This document shows, in pieces, positions 46,236 to 55,859 of a stretch of DNA of 64,000 nucleotides; the stretch's first letter is position 1; each line of letters begins with the position of its first letter. This stretch comes from a bacterium. GTDB taxonomy: Bacteria > Sysuimicrobiota > Sysuimicrobiia > Sysuimicrobiales > Kaftiobacteriaceae. The stretch covers positions 1 to 64,000 of the forward strand of contig JBIOWP010000084.1 in assembly GCA_044868695.1 (NCBI GenBank). The letters run 5' to 3'. The position numbers and the translations under genes were made by a program. The notes under the pieces are model-generated. The model did not search any database, was not told where the DNA came from, and saw only the letters and a list, made by a program, of their open reading frames with translations.

Positions 46236-47682
46236 CCGCCTGTGCGGTCTTCTTGCTCCGCCGCTTCGGCTTTGCCGGCACGGTCCCCTCCGAGCTTTCG
46301 GCAGTCCCCAGCGCCTCGGTCGGCGCCGGGTCCGCCACGGCGGGCGCTGCCGAGGGCTCTGCGTGCTCCACCGCAGGCTCCGCAGTCTCTGCGGGGACAT
46401 CCGCGGAAGGCGGCGCAGCAGTGGAAAGATCGGCAGCCGGGGTCTCTTCCGCGGCCGCGCCGGCGGGAGCCGACCCATCGCCGAATGCGGTCTCGGCCTC
46501 GGCCGCCGCGGCAACCGGCGCGCCCTCCGCGGGGACGCCCTCCGCGGGCACGCTCTCCGCAGGCACGCTCTCCGCCGGGACGCCTTCTGCGGGGACGGGA
46601 GCCTCCTCTTCAGGCAGGTCCACGAACAGCTTCTTGGCCTCGATCTCCTTGATCTGCGTTTCGCTCTTGATGTCGATCCGCCAGCCGGTCAGCTTCGCAG
46701 CCAGGCGCGCGTTCTGCCCCTCGCGGCCGATCGCCAGCGACAACTGGTTGTCCGGCACGATGACCAGCGCGGTCTTCGTCTCCTCATGAATCTCCACCCG
46801 CGTCACTTTGGCGGGGCTGAGTGCGCCGGCGACGAAGAGCGCCTGGTCGATGTTCCACGGCACGATGTCAATCTTCTCGCCCTTCAACTCATCCACGATG
46901 GACTGCACGCGGGTGCCTTTGGGCCCCACGCAGGCGCCGACGGCATCCACGTTCTTGTCCCGGGACGACACGGCGATCTTGCTGCGGGCGCCGGCTTCGC
47001 GCGCGATGGCTTTGATCTCCACGATGCCCTCGTAAATCTCCGGGACCTCCAGTTCGAACAACCGCTTCAACAGGCCCGGGTGGGTGCGTGAGACGACGAT
47101 CTGCGGACCGCGCGTGCCCTGGCGCACTTCCACCACGTAGGCTTTGATCCGTTCGCTCTGGCGGTAACTTTCCCGCGGGATCTGCTCCGTCGGAGGCAGG
47201 ACGGCCTCGATCCGGCCCAGATCGAGATAGACGTTCTTCCGCTCGATCCGCTGGACCGTCCCGGTGACGATGTCGCCTTCGCGGTCGCGAAACTCCTTGT
47301 AGACCAGGTCGCGCTCCGCCTCGCGCAACCGCTGGACGACGACTTGTTTGGCGGTCTGCGCGGCGATCCGCCCGAAGTCGCGGGGCGTGACCTCGATCTC
47401 GACCATGTCCCCTACCTTGGCGGTCGGATCCCACTCCCGCGCCTCGTCGAGGGAGATCTGCGAGTGTTCATCCTCCACGGCCTCGACGATGGTCCGGATC
47501 TGGTAGGCCCGCATCTCGCCGGTCTCGCGGTCCACCTCGATGCGCATGTTCTGCGCCGAGGCGCCGTAGTTCTTCTTGTACGCGGACAGCAGCGCCGCCT
47601 CGATGGCCTCGATGATGACCTCTTTGCCGATGCCTTTTTCTTCCTCGATTTGCTCGAGGGCTTTCATCAGTTCGACGTTCAT
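46228..47682 (-). CDS. nusa: Transcription termination/antitermination factor NusA with acidic low-complexity tail
   Basis: [13 protein letters not shown]1 and KH domains, [20 protein letters not shown]. Confidence 0.97.
   Translation of the reverse strand: MNVELMKALEQIEEEKGIGKEVIIEAIEAALLSAYKKNYGASAQNMRIEVDRETGEMRAYQIRTIVEAVEDEHSQISLDEAREWDPTAKVGDMVEIEVTPRDFGRIAAQTAKQVVVQRLREAERDLVYKEFRDREGDIVTGTVQRIERKNVYLDLGRIEAVLPPTEQIPRESYRQSERIKAYVVEVRQGTRGPQIVVSRTHPGLLKRLFELEVPEIYEGIVEIKAIAREAGARSKIAVSSRDKNVDAVGACVGPKGTRVQSIVDELKGEKIDIVPWNIDQALFVAGALSPAKVTRVEIHEETKTALVIVPDNQLSLAIGREGQNARLAAKLTGWRIDIKSETQIKEIEAKKLFVDLPEEEAPVPAEGVPAESVPAESVPAEGVPAEGAPVAAAAEAETAFGDGSAPAGAAAEETPAADLSTAAPPSADVPAETAEPAVEHAEPSAAPAVADPAPTEALGTAESSEGTVPAKPKRRSKKTAQADA
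46520..46596 (-). repeat. 15-bp coding tandem repeat (VPAEG/S x5) in the nusA tail
   Basis: Protein reads [28 protein letters not shown]. Confidence 0.8.
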
Positions 47683-47708
47683 CCCGCCCACCTCATCACT
47701 GTCACGCC

Positions 47709-48200
47709 TTACGCCTGCAGGTCCGCGCGGAGGTCGTCCATCTCGACCACAAGGCGCGCCTGCGCGATCTGCGCCTTGGGCAGACGCACCTGCCGGTCAT
47801 CCACCTGCAGGATCACCGCGTCCCCTATGACCCCCAGCAGGATGCCGCGGAAGTGCCGCTGTCCGTCGACCGGGCCGTACGTCGTAATCTCCGCTTTCCG
47901 GCCCGCAAACCGGCGGAAGTCCGCGTCGGAGCGGAGCGGCCGGTCGAGTCCCGGCGATGACACCTCCAGCGTGTAGCGGTGCACGAAGATGTCATAGAGA
48001 TCCAGCTGCCGGCTGAGGGATTCGCTCACCCGCGCGCACTCCTCCACGGTGATGCCCCCCTCGGGACGGTCCATCAACACCCGCAGCACCGTCCGGTGGG
48101 CCTCCCCTGAGACCGACACGTCCACCGTTTCCAGTCCAAGCCGCGCCGCGATCGGCCGCAGCAGCTCTTCCACCTGTGCTACCACGTCCTGGCGTGTCAT
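47709..48200 (-). CDS. rimP: Ribosome maturation factor RimP
   Basis: [11 protein letters not shown] and [14 protein letters not shown]. Confidence 0.95.
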   Translation of the reverse strand: MTRQDVVAQVEELLRPIAARLGLETVDVSVSGEAHRTVLRVLMDRPEGGITVEECARVSESLSRQLDLYDIFVHRYTLEVSSPGLDRPLRSDADFRRFAGRKAEITTYGPVDGQRHFRGILLGVIGDAVILQVDDRQVRLPKAQIAQARLVVEMDDLRADLQA

Positions 48201-48217
48201 CGTCGTCCTTTTCCCAT

Positions 48218-48249
48218 AAAAAAGAGTGGGCCGAGACCTCCACCCACTC
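48218..48249 (-). terminator. rimP leader attenuator-like terminator
   Basis: GAGTGGG...CCCACTC followed by TTTTTT in the 5' UTR of rimP. Confidence 0.75.
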
Positions 48250-48313
48250 CGCAACGCTCCCAAGGCGGGAGCTCCCCATCCCTCTTGCGCCGCGCGTTGC
48301 ACGCGACAGCCCA

Positions 48314-48342
48314 AGTATAGCACGCACCCCCGGCCGCTTCAA
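48314..48342 (-). promoter_or_regulatory. sigma70-type promoter of the rimP-nusA-infB operon
   Basis: TTGAAG-17 nt-TATACT with TG extension. Confidence 0.7.
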
Positions 48343-48424
48343 CGCCGCCGCCGCGCGGTCTTCACGGCACGGGCGGGAAGAAAGCGCCGCCCGCGCAGCG
48401 AAGCCCCTTCTACGGAGGCGGACG

Positions 48425-49717
48425 ATGCTCATCAGGATCGAAGACGCGGCAGCGCACACAGGGACGGAGATTGAAGTCCGGGGCTGGCTGTACCACCGGC
48501 GCAGTAGCGGAAGCATCCACTTCCTGATGATCCGCGACGGGTCTGGGCTCATGCAGGCGGTCCTGGCCAAGCAAGACGTCTCGCCCGCCGTGTTTGCCGC
48601 CGCCGCCGAAGCGACCCAGGAATCGGCTATCGTCGTGAAGGGAGTGGTGCGGGCAGACCAGAGGGCGCCCGGAGGATTTGAGCTGACGGTCCGGGACCTG
48701 CGCGTCGTCCAGCAGGCGGCCCCCTACCCCATCACCCCAAAAGAGCACGGCGTCGAGTTCCTCATGGACCACCGCCACCTCTGGCTGCGCTCCCGGCACC
48801 AGCACGCGCTGATGCGCGTCCGGGCCGAGGTAATCCGGGCCGCCACGGAGTTTTTGGATACTGCCGGGTATCTTCGCGTGGATGCCCCTATCCTCACGCC
48901 GGCGTCCGTGGAGGGCACCACGACGCTGTTCGAGACGCCCTATTTCGACCTGGGCAAAGCCTATCTGACGCAGTCGGGGCAGCTGTACAACGAAGCGGCC
49001 GCGATGGCATTCGGCCGGGTGTACTGCTTCGGCCCGACGTTTCGCGCGGAGAAGTCCAAGACCCGGCGTCACCTCACGGAGTTCTGGATGCTTGAGCCCG
49101 AGGCCGCGTACATGACCCTCGACGAGTACATGGATCTGGCCGAGGCCCTCGTCTGCGCCATCGTGGGGCAGGTGCTGGAGCGCCGCCTGACGGAGCTCCA
49201 GGTCCTGGAGCGCGACGTCGCCAAACTCCAGGCCGTACGCCCGCCGTTCCCGCGCCTGTCATACGATGAGGCGCTGGCGAAACTCCGGGCCGCGGGCACA
49301 CCGCTTCCGTGGGGGGACGATCTCGGCGGCGACGAGGAAACGGTGATCTCGTCTGCGTTCGACCGTCCGGTCTTCATCCACCATTATCCGGCGCAGTGCA
49401 AGGCATTCTACATGCAGCCGGACGACGATCGCGCCGAGGTCGTGCTCTCGGCGGATCTGCTGGCCAGCGAAGGGTACGGGGAGATCGTCGGCGGAGGCCA
49501 GCGCATCCACGACCCGGGGCTGCTGCAGCGCCGGCTGCGGGAGCACGGGCTGCCGGAGGAAGTCTACCGGTGGTACTCGGACCTGCGGCAGTACGGATCG
49601 GTTCCGCACTGCGGGTTCGGGATCGGCATCGAGCGCACGGTGGCCTGGATCGCGGGCATCGAGCACGTGCGCGAGGCGATTCCGTTTCCGAGGCTCTTGA
49701 ACCGCCTCTATCCGTAG
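48425..49717 (+). CDS. asnS: Asparagine--tRNA ligase
   Basis: OB fold, [45 protein letters not shown]. Confidence 0.95.
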   Translation: MLIRIEDAAAHTGTEIEVRGWLYHRRSSGSIHFLMIRDGSGLMQAVLAKQDVSPAVFAAAAEATQESAIVVKGVVRADQRAPGGFELTVRDLRVVQQAAPYPITPKEHGVEFLMDHRHLWLRSRHQHALMRVRAEVIRAATEFLDTAGYLRVDAPILTPASVEGTTTLFETPYFDLGKAYLTQSGQLYNEAAAMAFGRVYCFGPTFRAEKSKTRRHLTEFWMLEPEAAYMTLDEYMDLAEALVCAIVGQVLERRLTELQVLERDVAKLQAVRPPFPRLSYDEALAKLRAAGTPLPWGDDLGGDEETVISSAFDRPVFIHHYPAQCKAFYMQPDDDRAEVVLSADLLASEGYGEIVGGGQRIHDPGLLQRRLREHGLPEEVYRWYSDLRQYGSVPHCGFGIGIERTVAWIAGIEHVREAIPFPRLLNRLYP

Positions 49718-49734
49718 CGGCAGGAGGACAGCCT

Positions 49735-51003
49735 ATGGGTCTCCGTGGTGGACGGTGGATGCGAGCGGCGCTCGGCCTCGCCGTCCTGCTCGCGTTGCCG
49801 GCGTCGGGCGCCGGGCCGGTGACGGTGACGTTCTGGCACGGCATGAGCGGTGTGCTCCAGCCGGCCCTCGCCGAGCTCACCGCGGACTTCAACACGCTGA
49901 ATCCCGGGATCGCCGTGACCGCGCAGTATCAGGGGAACTATCCCACCTTGAACCAGAAGGTGATTGCCGCGGTGGCCGCCGGCAATCCCCCGACCATCAC
50001 CCAGCTCTTCCCCAACTGGACGGAGGTGCTGATCCGCGCGAATGCGCTGGTCCCTGTGGCCAATTTCATTCAGGGAGCCGACGGGCTCTCGGCCGAGAGC
50101 CTGAATGACATTCTCCCGATCCTCCGGCAGGAGAACACCTTCGGCGGCGTCCTGTGGACCCTGCCGTTCAACAAGAGCGTCTACCTCCTCTTCTACAATG
50201 CCGACCTGCTGAAAGAACACCAGCAGAAGGTGCCGCAGACGTGGGACGATCTGGCGAGCGTCGCCAAGGCGCTGACCAAAGAGGACGGCGGGCGGACGGT
50301 GCGGTACGGGTTCGTGGTCCGGCCGACCGTCGAGTACTTCACGACCTTTCTGCTGACCAACGGCGGCGAGTTCTTCCAGCCCGGCGGGAAGGCGTTTGCG
50401 TTCAACAGCCCAGCCGGCGTGGAAGCGCTCCAGTACCTGGTCGACCTGATCGCCCTCCACAAGGCCGCGTACGTCCTGCCAGGATTCCCAGATGGAGATT
50501 TCGGCGCGGGGAAGACGGCGATGTACATTGCCACCAACCCCGGGCTCGCGTTTGCCAAAGCCGCGGTCGCCGGCAAGTTCACGATCGGCCTCGCCCCGCT
50601 GCCGTACAAACGGGTCCGGTCGACGCTGCTCACCGGGACGAACGTCGGAATCATGGCGCGGGCCACCCCGGAGCAGCAGGCCGCGGCGTGGAAATACCTC
50701 AAGTTCATCACCGGGACCACCGGGACCACCCGGTGGTCACTGCGGACGTTCTACATGCCGGTCCGCCGGTCGGCCCGCGACTCCACGCTGATGCAGGTCT
50801 ACCTCCGCGACAATCCCGAGCATCAGGCGGGCCTGGACTCACTGGCGTTCGCCCGTACGGATCCCAGCATTGCTGAATGGGAAGAGGTGCGGGACATCGT
50901 TGCCGGCGCAGTGGAGGAAGCGGTGCTGGGCAAGAAGACGCCGCGCCAGGCGCTGGATGAGGCGACCGCGAAGGCCAACCGCCTGCTGGCGCAGCGCAAG
51001 TAG
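49735..51003 (+). CDS. Carbohydrate/glycerol-phosphate-type ABC substrate-binding protein
   Basis: Signal peptide, TFWHGM, LPFNKS, FYNADLL; AGGAGG RBS. Confidence 0.9.
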   Translation: MGLRGGRWMRAALGLAVLLALPASGAGPVTVTFWHGMSGVLQPALAELTADFNTLNPGIAVTAQYQGNYPTLNQKVIAAVAAGNPPTITQLFPNWTEVLIRANALVPVANFIQGADGLSAESLNDILPILRQENTFGGVLWTLPFNKSVYLLFYNADLLKEHQQKVPQTWDDLASVAKALTKEDGGRTVRYGFVVRPTVEYFTTFLLTNGGEFFQPGGKAFAFNSPAGVEALQYLVDLIALHKAAYVLPGFPDGDFGAGKTAMYIATNPGLAFAKAAVAGKFTIGLAPLPYKRVRSTLLTGTNVGIMARATPEQQAAAWKYLKFITGTTGTTRWSLRTFYMPVRRSARDSTLMQVYLRDNPEHQAGLDSLAFARTDPSIAEWEEVRDIVAGAVEEAVLGKKTPRQALDEATAKANRLLAQRK

Positions 51004-51899
51004 TGCGGCCGCGCCGGGTGCGCCGGGCGCGTGAGCATCTGGAAGCCTACGGCTTCCTGCTGCCGGCCGCGCTCGTGCTGGCCGTCTTCCATCTCCTGCC
51101 GATCGCCTACGCATTCTACGTCAGCCTGCTGCGGTGGAACCTTCTCGATCCCGACCGGCCGTTTGTTGGACTGGACAACTACCGCCAGCTCGCGTCAGAC
51201 GCCAGGTTTCTCACCGCGCTGTGGAATACGGCGTACTTTGCGGTCGTGTCGGTGGGCGTGGCCATCCCGCTGGCGTTGGGATGCGCCCTGCTGCTGAACC
51301 GCCGGCTGGCGGGGATGTCCGTGTACCGCACGGCGTTCTTTATCCCGTACGTGACGCCGCTGGCGGCCGCGGCCATGGCGTGGAAGTGGCTCTACCATCC
51401 GGACTCCTTCGGCCTGCTCAACACGCTGCTCGGGGCGATCGGGCTCCCTGCGCAGCCGTGGCTGCTGGATCCGGGGCAGGCAATGCCGGCGGTGATCGCG
51501 GTGGCAATCTGGGCCGGGATGGGCCGGGACGTCGTCATCTTCCTCGCTGGGCTGCAGCACATTGCGCCCGAATACTACGAGGCGGCGGCGCTGGACGGGG
51601 CCGGGACCTGGCAGCGGCTGCGCCACATCACCCTGCCGCTGCTCTCGCCGACGACCTATTTCATCCTGCTCATCAGCATGATTGGGGCGTTCAAAGTGTT
51701 CGCGCTGCCGCTGTTTCTCACCGACGGGGGGCCGCTGGACCGCACGTTCACCATCGTCTTCTCCATCTATAGGCAGGGGTTTACGTATTTCCGGATGGGC
51801 TACGCCTCGGCGCAGGCGTACGCCCTGTTCGCGATTATCTTCATCCTGACGATGCTGCAGCGGCGTGTGCTCGCCGGCCGCGTGCACTACGACAGCTGA
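51003..51899 (+). CDS. Carbohydrate ABC permease
   Basis: FVGLDNY and EAA loop YYEAAALDGA. Confidence 0.92.
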   Translation: MRPRRVRRAREHLEAYGFLLPAALVLAVFHLLPIAYAFYVSLLRWNLLDPDRPFVGLDNYRQLASDARFLTALWNTAYFAVVSVGVAIPLALGCALLLNRRLAGMSVYRTAFFIPYVTPLAAAAMAWKWLYHPDSFGLLNTLLGAIGLPAQPWLLDPGQAMPAVIAVAIWAGMGRDVVIFLAGLQHIAPEYYEAAALDGAGTWQRLRHITLPLLSPTTYFILLISMIGAFKVFALPLFLTDGGPLDRTFTIVFSIYRQGFTYFRMGYASAQAYALFAIIFILTMLQRRVLAGRVHYDS

Positions 51900-52711
51900 T
51901 GGCGGCCCGGGTGCTCGTGCATGCCGTCCTGCTGGCCGGCGCCGCGGCGATGCTCCTGCCCTATTACCTGATGGTCGCAACGTCGCTCAAGCCGCTGGGG
52001 GAGGTGTTTACCGACCCGTTCACGTGGATCCCGTCCGCCATGGCATGGGAGAACTACGTTGACGCCTGGACCCACGCGCCGTTTGCCAGGTACTTCTTCA
52101 ACAGCGCGGTCATCGCGACCGCGGAAACGCTCGGCGTGCTGGTGACCTCGGCGCTCGCAGCCTACGCCTTTTCCAGGATGCGGTTTGCCGGGCGGGAGCT
52201 GCTGTTTGTGCTCTTCTTGGGGACGTTGATGGTGCCGGGGGAGGTGCAGCTGGTGCCCAATTACATCACGATTACACGCCTGGGGTGGCTCAACACCTAT
52301 GCCGCGCTGATCGTCCCCTGGCTGGCCAGCGTCTTCGGGATTTTCTTCCTCCGGCAGTCCTTTGCCACGATCCCCCAAGAGCTCCAGGACGCCGCCACCG
52401 TCGACGGCGCGTCGCACCTGACGTTCTTATGGCGTGTGGTGGCGCCGCTCAGCACGCCGGCGTTCATTACGGTGGCGCTGCTCACCTTTTTGGGATCGTG
52501 GAACGCCCTGACCTGGCCGCTGATCGTCACGAATACGCCGGAGATGCGCCCGATCATGGTCGGCCTCCTGTCGTTCTCCACGGAGTGGGGCACGCAGCCC
52601 AGGCTGCTGATGGCGGCCGCGACGTTTTCGACCGCGCCGGTCCTGCTGCTGTTTTTTGTGCTGCAGCGCTACTTCGTCGAGGGGATTGCCAGGTCGGGGC
52701 TCACGCGCTAG
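51899..52711 (+). CDS. Carbohydrate ABC permease
   Basis: AAYAFSR, ELQDAATVDGA, WNALTWPL. Confidence 0.92.
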   Translation: MAARVLVHAVLLAGAAAMLLPYYLMVATSLKPLGEVFTDPFTWIPSAMAWENYVDAWTHAPFARYFFNSAVIATAETLGVLVTSALAAYAFSRMRFAGRELLFVLFLGTLMVPGEVQLVPNYITITRLGWLNTYAALIVPWLASVFGIFFLRQSFATIPQELQDAATVDGASHLTFLWRVVAPLSTPAFITVALLTFLGSWNALTWPLIVTNTPEMRPIMVGLLSFSTEWGTQPRLLMAAATFSTAPVLLLFFVLQRYFVEGIARSGLTR

Positions 52712-52716
52712 CTGAG

Positions 52717-52804
52717 GGGGAACGCGGGAACGGGGGAACGCGGAAACACGATACGGTCCGACGTTAGCGCCGCGTTTCCTCGCTTCCACGTTTCCGTGTT
52801 TCCG
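52717..52804. repeat. Inverted octamer tandem-repeat hairpin between convergent genes
   Basis: SGGRAACR x4 (52717-52748) and YGYTTCCN x4 (52773-52804). Confidence 0.85.
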
Positions 52805-53264
52805 TTAGTTGTTTCAGCGCCTCCAGCACTGCGGCGCTGTGGCCGCTGACCTGCACCTTCGGGAACACTTTCACGATCGTCCCGTGCTCGTCGATGATGA
52901 ACGTCGTCCGCGCGACGCCCCAGTACGTCTTGCCCATCATGGATTTCTCCGCCCAGACCCCGTACCGGTTCGCGACGGCATGATCCGTGTCGGCCAGCAA
53001 TGGGTGAGGAATCCGCAGCTTCTCCTTCCACCTGGCGTGGGACTCCACCGTGTCGGTGCTCACGCCCAGGATCTCCGCGTGCAGGGTCGTATAGGCCGCG
53101 TAGTCGTCACGGAACGCGGTGGCCTCGATGGTTCAGCCGGCCGTGTCATCCCGGACGTAGAACCACAGCACGACCCTCCTGCCGCGAAAATCCGAGAGTG
53201 CCACCCGCCGGCCGTGATCGTCCGTCAGCGTGAACTGCGGAGCCGTTTCGCCTTCTGCAACCAC
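52764..53264 (-). CDS. bcp: Selenocysteine-containing BCP/PrxQ peroxiredoxin (166 aa, Sec44)
   Basis: ORFs 53133-53381 and 52764-53063 share one frame and are joined across TGA 53135-53133, giving WFYVRDDTAG-U-TIEATAFRD at the peroxidatic Cys position; AGGAGGAG RBS before GTG 53264. Confidence 0.9.
53093..53125 (-). promoter_or_regulatory. Putative bacterial SECIS element
   Basis: Starts 8 nt after the UGA: AGGCC-AC-CGCGT [TCCGTGACGACT] ACGCG/GGCCT stem-loop with a G-containing apical region. Confidence 0.65.
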
Positions 53265-53332
53265 TGGAGTCTCCTCCTGCGCGCCACGTGCGCGCACGAA
53301 GACATTAGACCCGGTCCGGCGAACTCCCTGTC

Positions 53333-54010
53333 GTGATGCGGCCGGACGAAGTCGCGCTGATCTTTGATCTCGACAACACACTGCTCATGTCCAACATCGA
53401 CTTCCTGGCGGTGCGCCACCGCCTGATCGATCTCCTCGAGCATGCGGGGGCGGCCGGGCCGCCCCGCGACGCGCTGGTGCCCCTCGCACTGCCGGAGCTG
53501 GTGGCCCTGGGCGCCGCCGCCAGCGCGTCCCTGGCCGACGCGATGTGGGAGGTCATCCGGCAGGCGGAGCTTGCCGGCCTGGCCGGCGCGACGCTGGACG
53601 CGGCGGCCCCCGTCGTGCTTGAGGCGTTCCGCGCCCGCGGGTTCCAGCTCGCGATGCTGACCAACAACGCCAGCGAGATGCTGGCGGAGGTGCTTGCCAC
53701 CTTCGGCCTGGCCCAGTACTTTCGTGTGATGGCCGCCCGCGACACCGTGCCGGCGCTCAAGCCCGCGCCCGACGGGATCCGCCACGTGCTGGCGCAGCTG
53801 GCGGGCATCCGCCGCGCCTACATGATCGGCGACGCCTGGATTGACGCGGGCGCCGCACACGCCGCCGGCGTGAGATTCATCGGCGTCGGTCCCAGGCGGG
53901 ATACCGTGGAAGCGCGGGGGATTCCAATCTGGGCGTGGGCGGACGATCTGTCGGCGCTGCTGACGCTGGACCTTGTGGGGAAGGCGCGCGACAGGGAGTC
54001 GGAGAGTTGA
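53333..54010 (+). CDS. HAD-superfamily hydrolase (phosphoglycolate phosphatase-like)
   Basis: FDLDNTL, LTNN, KPAPDG, MIGDAWID. Confidence 0.9.
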   Translation: MMRPDEVALIFDLDNTLLMSNIDFLAVRHRLIDLLEHAGAAGPPRDALVPLALPELVALGAAASASLADAMWEVIRQAELAGLAGATLDAAAPVVLEAFRARGFQLAMLTNNASEMLAEVLATFGLAQYFRVMAARDTVPALKPAPDGIRHVLAQLAGIRRAYMIGDAWIDAGAAHAAGVRFIGVGPRRDTVEARGIPIWAWADDLSALLTLDLVGKARDRESES

Positions 54011-54078
54011 AGAGTTGGAAAGTTGAAGAGTCAACCAAAAATTCTCGACTGACGTTCCAACTCTCCAACTTTTCAACT
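53996..54078. repeat. Inverted octamer tandem-repeat hairpin
   Basis: GAGTCGGA GAGTTGAA GAGTTGGA AAGTTGAA ... TCCAACTC TCCAACTT TTCAACT. Confidence 0.85.
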
Positions 54079-54088
54079 GCAGTTCGCG

Positions 54089-54487
54089 TTACCAGAGATG
54101 CTTGAACTTGGCCGCAAACCGCCGCTCCATCTCCTCTTGATGGAGCGCGTACACCGGGCATTCCCGGAGGCGGCAGATATGCAGCGCGGTATTGCAGTAC
54201 GCCTCGGACAGCTCCCAGCACTTCTTGTTGACGAAGTACGCGGCGCACACCCCCTTCTTCGGGTGCAGCACCAGCTCGTCCAGCCCCCGGACCGGCTCGG
54301 GGACCGCCGGGGAAGCGTCACGCACCAGCCGCAGGATGGGCCGGTCGGCCGGCGCCGGCTCCCGCGAGGCGGGAGGCTTCGGCGGGACGGCGGGAGCGGG
54401 TGCCGACGTGAACGCCGCGAGCTCGGCCGAGGTGTCCTGGATGAACGCCCTAATGCCGCGCCGCAGTTCCTCGCGTTCTTTCCTCAT
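54089..54487 (-). CDS. Hypothetical ParA partner: ParB-like N-terminal peptide, Pro-rich linker, 5-Cys domain
   Basis: ELRRGIRAFI; CAAYFVNKKCWELSEAYCNTALHICRLRECPVY; overlaps the parA 3' end. Confidence 0.75.
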   Translation of the reverse strand: MRKEREELRRGIRAFIQDTSAELAAFTSAPAPAVPPKPPASREPAPADRPILRLVRDASPAVPEPVRGLDELVLHPKKGVCAAYFVNKKCWELSEAYCNTALHICRLRECPVYALHQEEMERRFAAKFKHLW

Positions 54488-55277
54488 GGAGCTTCATGAC
54501 CTCCTTGGCCAGTTCCATGTACTCCTGCGCGCCGCGCGACGACGAGTCGTGGACCAGCAGCGGCACGCCCACCATCGATGACTCCACCAGCTTGATGTTG
54601 AAGTGGATGCTGGTGGAGAAGACCTTATCCCCAAAGAAATCCTTGATGCCCTGCACAATCTCCTTGCTGATATTGGTCCGGGAGTCGTACATCGTCGGCA
54701 GGACGCCCAGGATCTCGACCTGATGGCCAACCTCTTCACGCACCATCTTCAGTGTCCGCAGCAGCTGCCGCATCCCCAGCAGCGCGTAGTAGTGGGTCTG
54801 GATCGGGATGATGACGTCGTCGCTGGCGACCAGCGCGTTGAGGGTCAATAGCCCCAGGCTCGGCGGGGTATCTATAAAGATGTATGCGTACTCCGAGAGG
54901 ACCGGTCCCATCCGCTTGCGCAGCGAGTTCTCCCGGCCGATCCGCGCCGCCAGTTCCAGCTCCGCGGCCGCCAGGTCGATGGACGACGGGGCCAGGAACA
55001 GATTGCTGACCGTGGTCGGGACAATGATCTGCGAGAGCGAGACGGACGCATCGTCCTGGTCTTCGCTCACCATCAGGTGGTACACCGTTCTGGTCAATCC
55101 CCCGGGATCGACGCCGAGGCTGACCGTCGCGTTGGCCTGGGGATCCAGATCGATCAGCAGGATCTTCCGGCCGCTGACGGCAAGACAGGCTGCAAGGTTG
55201 ACCGCCGTCGTCGTCTTCGCGCAGCCACCCTTCTGGTTGACGAGCGCGATCACTCGGGCGGGTTGCGAGTGCGCCAC
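54450..55277 (-). CDS. ParA/Soj-family ATPase (orphan)
   Basis: NQKGGCAKTTT deviant Walker A, IDLDPQAN, IDTPPSLG, LPTMYDSRT; no parB nearby. Confidence 0.93.
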   Translation of the reverse strand: MAHSQPARVIALVNQKGGCAKTTTAVNLAACLAVSGRKILLIDLDPQANATVSLGVDPGGLTRTVYHLMVSEDQDDASVSLSQIIVPTTVSNLFLAPSSIDLAAAELELAARIGRENSLRKRMGPVLSEYAYIFIDTPPSLGLLTLNALVASDDVIIPIQTHYYALLGMRQLLRTLKMVREEVGHQVEILGVLPTMYDSRTNISKEIVQGIKDFFGDKVFSTSIHFNIKLVESSMVGVPLLVHDSSSRGAQEYMELAKEVMKLHEERTRGTAARH

Positions 55278-55307
55278 ACGATCCTCCCGCGTACCGTGGT
55301 GCGGGGG

Positions 55308-55700
55308 TCAGCGATCCAGGAGCCAGGCCAGGCGCCGGTCGACGGCGTCCAGGACCGCGGCAACCGCGGCGTCCTCCAGCGGTCCGCCCCGGCCGAGCGC
55401 GCTCCCGACCAGGTGCTCCTGTCCCCGCGGCGTATCCACGACGACGTGCGTCACCACCGCGGGTCCGGCCCCTACGAGCTCACTGCTCGCTCGCTGGAGC
55501 ACGAACGTTGTGTCCGGCGGCGCCACCTGGCGGACGGCTTGGACCGCGGCTTCCGCCGCGACCTGCACCCCGCCCGACTCTCCGGCCGGACGCTCGACCC
55601 GTGCGGTGAGCACGGTATCGTCGTGCAGCAAATTCACAGTGACCGCCACGCGTCCCGGCGTCCGTTCGACGCGAACCCCTGCCACCCGCAGCCGCGCCAT
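55308..55700 (-). CDS. Hypothetical protein (130 aa), alpha/beta domain
   Basis: GGGGAG RBS, genome-like codon use, C-terminal LVGSA...AAVAAVLDAVDRRL; upstream of parA. Confidence 0.7.
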   Translation of the reverse strand: MARLRVAGVRVERTPGRVAVTVNLLHDDTVLTARVERPAGESGGVQVAAEAAVQAVRQVAPPDTTFVLQRASSELVGAGPAVVTHVVVDTPRGQEHLVGSALGRGGPLEDAAVAAVLDAVDRRLAWLLDR

Positions 55701-55859
55701 TCTCCCCCGCCCGCACAGAGTCAGCGGCACGTACCTGCGGGGGGCGGCAAGGCAGCGTGTCGTGCGCTATCCGCAAGCCTGTTCGACTCAGTTGAGAGGT
55801 TTTCCTCTATGAGACCAGAACTGCTACAAGTACCGCGTTCCAGGCGAGGTGGTTGACTG

